A stretch of DNA of 64,000 bases from NCBI GenBank assembly GCA_963850045.1, contig CAWKJL010000003.1, positions 965,288 to 1,029,287 on the forward strand, read 5' to 3'. Made by a program: the position numbers and the translations under genes. The stretch's first letter is position 1. Every line of letters begins with the position of its first letter. This DNA comes from an uncultured Chloroflexia bacterium (GTDB lineage Bacteria > Chloroflexota > Limnocylindria > Limnocylindrales > CSP1-4). Positions 59,005-64,000 of the stretch are shown here, piece by piece. Under the pieces are notes generated by a model. That model was not told the origin of the DNA, ran no database searches, and saw only the letters and a program-made list of their open reading frames with translations.

Positions 59005-59691
59005 GTGCGGATCCTGGTCGTCGAGGACGAACCCGCGATCTCAGCCGCGGTGCGCACGGCGCTCGCGGGAAGCGGCTACGCGGTCGACGTCGCCGAAGAC
59101 GGTCTCGAAGCCATCGACTGGGCGGAGTCGTACCCGTACGACCTCCTGATCCTCGACGTCGTCCTCCCGGGGCTGGACGGTTTCGCGGTCTGCGCACGGC
59201 TCCGGGAGCGCGGCCTCACCGTCCCGATCCTGATGCTGACCGCGCTGGACAAGCTCCAGGATCGCGTCACCGGACTCGACCGCGGGGCCGACGACTACCT
59301 GGTCAAGCCGTTCGCGATGGCCGAGCTGCGCGCCCGGGTCCGCGCCCTTGCGCGCCGAGGGACCGAGGGGCGACTGCCCACCATCAAGGTCCATGACCTT
59401 GAGCTTGACCCGGCCACGCAGGTCGTCCGCCGAGGCGGTGAGACGATCAGCCTGTCGGTCCGTGAATTCGCGATGCTCGAACTCTTTGCCAGGCATCCAG
59501 GGCACGTGTTCCACCGTGATCGCCTGATCGACAAGCTCTGGAACGCCGACTTCTCGCCCGAATCGAACATCGTGGAGGTCTACGTCCGCAATCTCCGGCG
59601 CAAGATCGACGGCGGCCGCAGGAACGGGCTGATCCAGACGGTCCGAGGATCCGGCTACCGTCTGCGGGCCGACCCTCCACCGCCGCGCTGA
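59005..59691 (+). CDS. OmpR/PhoB-family response regulator
   Basis: GTG start. The receiver domain is RILVVEDEPAISAAV...LLILDVVLPGLDG...LMLTALD...DDYLVKPF. The winged-helix domain is LSVREFAMLELFARHPG...VEVYVRNLRRKI...TVRGSGYRL. Confidence 0.9.
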   Translation: MRILVVEDEPAISAAVRTALAGSGYAVDVAEDGLEAIDWAESYPYDLLILDVVLPGLDGFAVCARLRERGLTVPILMLTALDKLQDRVTGLDRGADDYLVKPFAMAELRARVRALARRGTEGRLPTIKVHDLELDPATQVVRRGGETISLSVREFAMLELFARHPGHVFHRDRLIDKLWNADFSPESNIVEVYVRNLRRKIDGGRRNGLIQTVRGSGYRLRADPPPPR

Positions 59692-60678
59692 TGTTCGACC
59701 GCGCCCGATATCGACTGACCCTGCTCTACATCGCGATCTTCGTGATCGTCCTTGGCGGTCTTCAGCGCCGTGTTCTACGTCGCGCTCGCCACGGTCCTGC
59801 AACCGACCCTGGACGTCGATCCGGATGTCCCGAACCTTGCCGCGGCACAGATCGCGTACACGGCCACGATCCAGCGCATCGGCATCGCCCTGGTCGCGGC
59901 CGATGTCGCCGTGGTCGGGCTCGTCGGGATCGTCGCGTGGCTGCTCGCGACCCGGACGCTCCGCCCGATCCAGGACGCCCACCGGCGGCAACGCCGGTTC
60001 GTGGCGGACGCCTCGCACGAGATGCGGACGCCGCTCGCGGGGATCCGTGCGACGGCCGAGGGGGCCTTGGAAGGCAACGGGTCGACCGCGGAGATGCGCT
60101 CGAGTCTCGAGGCGATCGTCGAGTCGACCGAGCGGATGGCGCGGCTGACCAACGACCTCCTGCTCCTGGCGCGGACGGACGACCGTCTCCTCGAACCGCG
60201 CCTGGAGACGTTCGATCTCTCCGTCGCGGTCGCCGAGGTCCTCGATGCGGCTCGGCAGGCGTCGCCGGCGAACCGCGCCGCCGAGGTGCGGTTCGCCTCG
60301 GACCTTCTCGTGTCAGGCGACGCGGAGGAGCTGCGACGGGCGGTGGCGAACCTGATCGACAACGCGTATCGGTATGGCGGGCCGGACGGCACCGTGCGGG
60401 TCACGACGCGGGCGTCGGATGGCGATGCGATCGTCGAGGTGGCAGACGGCGGGCCGGGGATCCCCGCGACCGATCTGGCCCGGATCTTCGACCCGTTCTA
60501 CCGCGTCCGGGCCGACGCAGGCGGACCGGCAGGGAGTGGCCTCGGGCTCGCGATCGCACGGAGCATCGTCGAACGGAGCGGGGGCAGCCTGTCGGTCGCG
60601 AGCAGGATCGGTGCCGGAACGACGTTCGTGCTCAGCCTGCCCAGGTCCGATGCGCGGGCCGCGCGGCCCGGTCAGTGA
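59691..60678 (+). pseudogene. Sensor histidine kinase, net +1 frame disruption near 59748-59756
   Basis: The ATG overlaps the response-regulator stop codon (TGATG). TM1 (MFDRARYRLTLLYIAIFVIVL) is in one frame. The remainder is in the next frame: VFSAVFYVALA..., the H-box RRFVADASHEMRTPLAGIRA, the N-box LRRAVANLIDNAYRYG, and VADGGPGIP...GSGLGLAIARSIVERSGGSLSV...TTFVLSLP. Confidence 0.85.
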
Positions 60679-60705
60679 GCCGCTGCGCCGCGTCGGCTCA
60701 TCCGC

Positions 60706-63189
60706 TCATCGACCGATCGTCACCGTGACCTCCGGACGCTCAGCCTCCACGACGATGACCGTGGCCTGATCCGGGCCTTGCTCGCGCTGGATCAGTCGGC
60801 CACCGGCGATGTCGATCCGGCCGACCGTGCCGCCGAGCGCGAGCTCCACTCGCTCGGGCGGGGTGGCCGCGACCACGAGTCGGGCGGAACCGTCGGCGTC
60901 GAGTCGCCGCTCGAGAAGCTCGCCGGTGGCATGGCGCAGGATCCGGCCCGCCTCAAGGTCGATCCCGACCGGCAGGAGTCGGGCGCCACGTCCGGCGAAC
61001 GAGATGCCGGGCAGCGCGATCGGCATGACCGCGCGCTCGTCCGATCCCGGTGGCGTGAACGTCACCCGCGTCACCGCCGGCAGCTCGACCGGATTGACGA
61101 CGCAGACCACCCCGCCGGCCGATCCGGACAGCTCGAGCGCGACCACCGGGAGCATGTCCGCGACCGCGGCTCGTGGCCCCGCGGACCGCTCGACGAGGCT
61201 GGCGACGAACCGGAACTGGTCGGGGCCGCCGATCGGGTGGTACTGGAGCCGGAACCCGAGGACCGTGGCCGACCCGGCACCGATCGGGCGGCGGAAGCCG
61301 ACGACGGCGCCATCCTCGGACCAGGCGATGGCGGTCGCGTCCGCCGGCGGTGCGAGTCGTGTCGGGCTGCCCTGCACCGCGACCGCGCCGTCGCCTTCGA
61401 GACGGACCTGGCTCCAGCCCGTCGGGGCTGGCTCGAACGCCGGGAACAGCGGCGCCGCCGACGGCTCGAACAGCAGGCGGGCGAGCTCGTCGCTGGGCTC
61501 CATGCGGGCATCGAGCACGGGTACCGCAGGCAGGATGATGAGGTCGCCGCCTCGCCGTACCCAGTCGCAGATCCGACGCTGCGTCGACGCATCCAGGAAC
61601 GCGAGCCCGGGGAGCCAGAGCTGCCCCGCCCTGTCCCACGCCTCGGCGGGGCTCCGCTCGAGGTCGAGCATCCCCCAGCTCACGTTCGCCAGCGTCAGCA
61701 GGACGGACAGGCTGTTCGCGTTGCCCAGGCCGAACTCGCCGTTCGAGAACATCCCGTCGAGGGCGGCCCCGACGTCCGCGAACGCCGCCCCGCCACCCAC
61801 CAGCGCGGCACTCTCGTACGGCGTATAGCAGGCGATCCACGTGTCGCGCAGCGGCTCGGCGGCCAGGAGGACCGGCTCGATCGCCCTGGTGACACGGATC
61901 TGCCGGGCGAGGACGGCGGCGTGCCCGCGGAGGTGCCCGTCGAGCGCGATCGGCGCATCCAGGTCGTAGCCCCGCCCCGAGCCGAGCTCGTACCCGGGCG
62001 GATTCTCGCCGCCGACCAGCATGAACACGTTGAAGCCGCGGATGCCGCGGGCGAGCGTCACGGCGTACAGCAGCTCCATGACGGAGGACGGCAGGAACGA
62101 GCTGTTCGAGCCCTGCAGCTCCATCGTGAATGCCGGGCCCTGCCTGGCGCCCCGCCACATGTGATAGGTCTCGTGGCAGGCGATCACGTGCGCGACCTTC
62201 TGCTCGGTGCTCTGCGTCGAGGAGAACAACGAGATGTAGCACTCGTTCGTGAGCTCGAGGTCCGGGAGGTGTTCTCGAGCGAACTCGGCGAACTTCGACG
62301 CCTGGAGTGGTCGGAGGTACGGGAAGATCATGGAGACCGGACCGCCGTACCCGGCGTCCTTCGCGGCGCGATCGAGCGCGGCTACGTACCCATCGATCCC
62401 GTGGAGCTTGAAGTCGAGCCAGTCGATGGATCGCGCGAGGGCGGCGCGATCGTCCAGCGCGTCGCGCGGTGGCGCCACGTCCACCGGGGTCCGCCAGCGG
62501 GTCCGATGCGCCGCGTTGATCGCGTCGAGCGAACCGTGGCGGGCCAGGAGCCACGCGGCATACCGCGACGGCCCACCGTCGACGGGTGCGACGAGGTACG
62601 GGTTGTAATCGAGGGCGAGCGGATCCCCGAGCTGCTGCCAGTACGACGGTTCGTCGTCGAGCTGGAGATGCACGATCGGGCCGCCCGCGGACCGCATGTA
62701 TGGCGCGACCTCGGCGATCGACCGCGCGAGCCAATCCGTCGCCGGCCCCGCGTAGCCCGGGTGGCCATAGGTCAGGGCCGGGTACGGTCGGCCCTCGCCG
62801 GCGGGACGGCCGGCGGCGTCGAGGGCGACGATGGACGGGTCCATCCTCCAGAGCCACGCCGGGATGCCGCCGTCGCGCCACTCGTTGGTGATGAACGGCC
62901 CGGGCCGGTAGATGCACTCGAGGCCGGCCGCGGCGATGGCCTCGAGGGCGCCGTGCAGGTCGCGCTCGGGGAGCGTTCGCCCGGTGAAGTCGACGGCCCC
63001 GGCGGTCGGCTCGTGCCAGTTCCACGGCACGTAGATGCTGACGCCCTCGAACCCGAGGTCTCGCACCTGGCGCAACCGGTCGGACCAGGCCCGCTTCGGG
63101 ACCCGGAAGTAGTGGAATTCGCCGGTGAACCGGTACCGATCCATCGGCGAGTGGACCGGCGCGGTGGTGGTCATGCCCCGATGATGCAC
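60706..63189 (-). CDS. Glycoside hydrolase family 35-like (beta-galactosidase-like) protein
   Basis: 827 aa. GEFHYFRVPKRAWSDRLRQVRDLGFEGVSIYVPWNWHEPTAGAVDFTG...IYRPGPFITNEWRDGGIPAWL and HLQLDDEPSY match the GH35 N-terminal catalytic-barrel pattern. Confidence 0.75.
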   Translation of the reverse strand: MHHRGMTTTAPVHSPMDRYRFTGEFHYFRVPKRAWSDRLRQVRDLGFEGVSIYVPWNWHEPTAGAVDFTGRTLPERDLHGALEAIAAAGLECIYRPGPFITNEWRDGGIPAWLWRMDPSIVALDAAGRPAGEGRPYPALTYGHPGYAGPATDWLARSIAEVAPYMRSAGGPIVHLQLDDEPSYWQQLGDPLALDYNPYLVAPVDGGPSRYAAWLLARHGSLDAINAAHRTRWRTPVDVAPPRDALDDRAALARSIDWLDFKLHGIDGYVAALDRAAKDAGYGGPVSMIFPYLRPLQASKFAEFAREHLPDLELTNECYISLFSSTQSTEQKVAHVIACHETYHMWRGARQGPAFTMELQGSNSSFLPSSVMELLYAVTLARGIRGFNVFMLVGGENPPGYELGSGRGYDLDAPIALDGHLRGHAAVLARQIRVTRAIEPVLLAAEPLRDTWIACYTPYESAALVGGGAAFADVGAALDGMFSNGEFGLGNANSLSVLLTLANVSWGMLDLERSPAEAWDRAGQLWLPGLAFLDASTQRRICDWVRRGGDLIILPAVPVLDARMEPSDELARLLFEPSAAPLFPAFEPAPTGWSQVRLEGDGAVAVQGSPTRLAPPADATAIAWSEDGAVVGFRRPIGAGSATVLGFRLQYHPIGGPDQFRFVASLVERSAGPRAAVADMLPVVALELSGSAGGVVCVVNPVELPAVTRVTFTPPGSDERAVMPIALPGISFAGRGARLLPVGIDLEAGRILRHATGELLERRLDADGSARLVVAATPPERVELALGGTVGRIDIAGGRLIQREQGPDQATVIVVEAERPEVTVTIGR

Positions 63190-63302
63190 CGCGCGGCCGG
63201 GTCGCCGGGACGCGATGGGTGCCGAAGGACGAGGCGTGGCAGATCCTCGCGGCGATCATGTCCCCAGGTGTTGCATCGCGATCCACCCGGCGTGAGATGA
63301 AC

Positions 63303-64000
63303 CTAGGGTCGGGACGCGCCCGGGATCGCGACCCGAGTCTCACGCAGTGCGGCAATGACGGTCGCCGTCGTGAAGGTCCGTCGTGTGTCCGCGTACACGC
63401 GTCCGGCCTCGGCGCGCGTCCACGGATCGTGCGCCCGGGCGGCTGTCAGCCGGAGCATGGGCGCCGAGGCCCACGATCCGTCTTCGTCTTGCGACAGGCA
63501 GATCGCTTCCGCCAAGGCCTGGGTGCGGGTCGGACCGACTCCGAGCACGTCGCCGAGCAACGCACTCGCGCGAAGTGCGAGCGCACGCTCGAATGCGGTC
63601 TCGTTGACGGTTCCCTCGCGAACCCATGCCGCTGCGCGGACCCTGTCATACGACCAACCGGCTGATTCCACGAGGCTCAGATTCGCCCACGTCGAGTACC
63701 AGGGCGTGGTCCACCAAAACGAATTCCAGCCTCCCATGCCGGTCTGCTTCTCCACGACCGACCGTCGTGAGGTTTCGGCCAAGTCGGACGCGCCAAGTTC
63801 CCGGATGGCGCGGACGACGATCGGCGTGACATCAGGGTGGCTGTCCAGCCACGAGTCGCCCGCGGAAAGCTCACGGAACGTCGCAAAGCCGCCATCGCGC
63901 CGCCGGAACGAGGCCAACGCCGTCAGGCAATGCGGAGAGACCTGCCAGCCATTGGCACGGAGGAACAAGATGGTCCACGCCGAGGTATCGGCATCGCTCT
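63303..64000 (-). CDS. Prenyltransferase / squalene-cyclase-repeat (alpha/alpha-toroid) protein. Partial: the 5' end lies beyond the window end.
   Basis: The frame stays open to the window edge (...SDADTSAWTILFLRANGWQV...), and DADTSAW resembles the DxDDTA motif. Repeated aromatic/Gly motifs are present (RRDGGFATF, QTGMGGWNSFWW, QDEDGSWAS). Confidence 0.6.
   Translation of the reverse strand, partial: SDADTSAWTILFLRANGWQVSPHCLTALASFRRRDGGFATFRELSAGDSWLDSHPDVTPIVVRAIRELGASDLAETSRRSVVEKQTGMGGWNSFWWTTPWYSTWANLSLVESAGWSYDRVRAAAWVREGTVNETAFERALALRASALLGDVLGVGPTRTQALAEAICLSQDEDGSWASAPMLRLTAARAHDPWTRAEAGRVYADTRRTFTTATVIAALRETRVAIPGASRP

Overview
High-GC segment (by eye about 70% G+C or more, not computed). 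Gene content looks like an actinobacterium-type Gram-positive: an F420/LLM oxidoreductase, a Pep2-type maltokinase, a short actinobacterial-style MutY, an LCP protein, MetX/MetY, and TANNNT -10 boxes close to start codons. I can support about 50 protein genes, one tRNA-Gln(CUG), one TPP riboswitch, two convincing hairpin terminators and several coding tandem-repeat arrays. I see no transposase, integrase, CRISPR array or rRNA.

Gene order:
- Partial 2-oxoacid dehydrogenase E2 (minus strand).
- A plus-strand two-gene cNMP cassette: a 12-TM/HEAT/cNMP-binding protein, then a class III cyclase-STAND-TPR protein.
- E1beta, E1alpha and LpdA (minus strand).
- plsY, a Gly-rich zinc-ribbon protein, glpD, a Nnr epimerase, mutY, a DUF2461 protein, an LLM oxidoreductase, a maltokinase, an ALDH, a GT1 glycosyltransferase and a SHOCT protein.
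- A TPP-riboswitch-controlled ThiY-like binding protein plus permease.
- An ACT protein, a lipase-like hydrolase, an MBL hydrolase and AcuI.
- metY-metX behind a terminator-containing leader.
- An ECF sigma factor, then a zinc anti-sigma domain fused to a roughly 1770-aa alpha-2-macroglobulin-like ectodomain.
- VanY and an LCP protein.
- A roughly 10.4-kb S8 protease/adhesin gene built from 315-nt Ig-like and 255-nt MBG repeats.
- tRNA-Gln, a receiver-like protein, a ferredoxin plus an FNR.
- An OmpR/HK pair.
- A translationally coupled operon: two small membrane proteins, ApbE, a di-heme ferric-reductase-like protein and a P1B-5 ATPase with a hemerythrin tail.
- A DoxX-Rieske fusion, a second OmpR/HK pair, a GH35 enzyme and a partial prenyltransferase-like protein.

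Major caveat: about 40 reading-frame disruptions interrupt otherwise well-conserved genes. Most are net +1, often in short G/C runs, and I found no in-frame stop codons in those genes. I read this as mostly insertion-type sequence error rather than decay, and I give each affected gene as one locus typed pseudogene.

The long antisense ORFs in the track are GC artefacts.

The most interesting candidates are the cNMP cassette wedged into the dehydrogenase operon, the ECF sigma / anti-sigma-A2M fusion, and the ApbE / ferric-reductase / P1B-5 operon.
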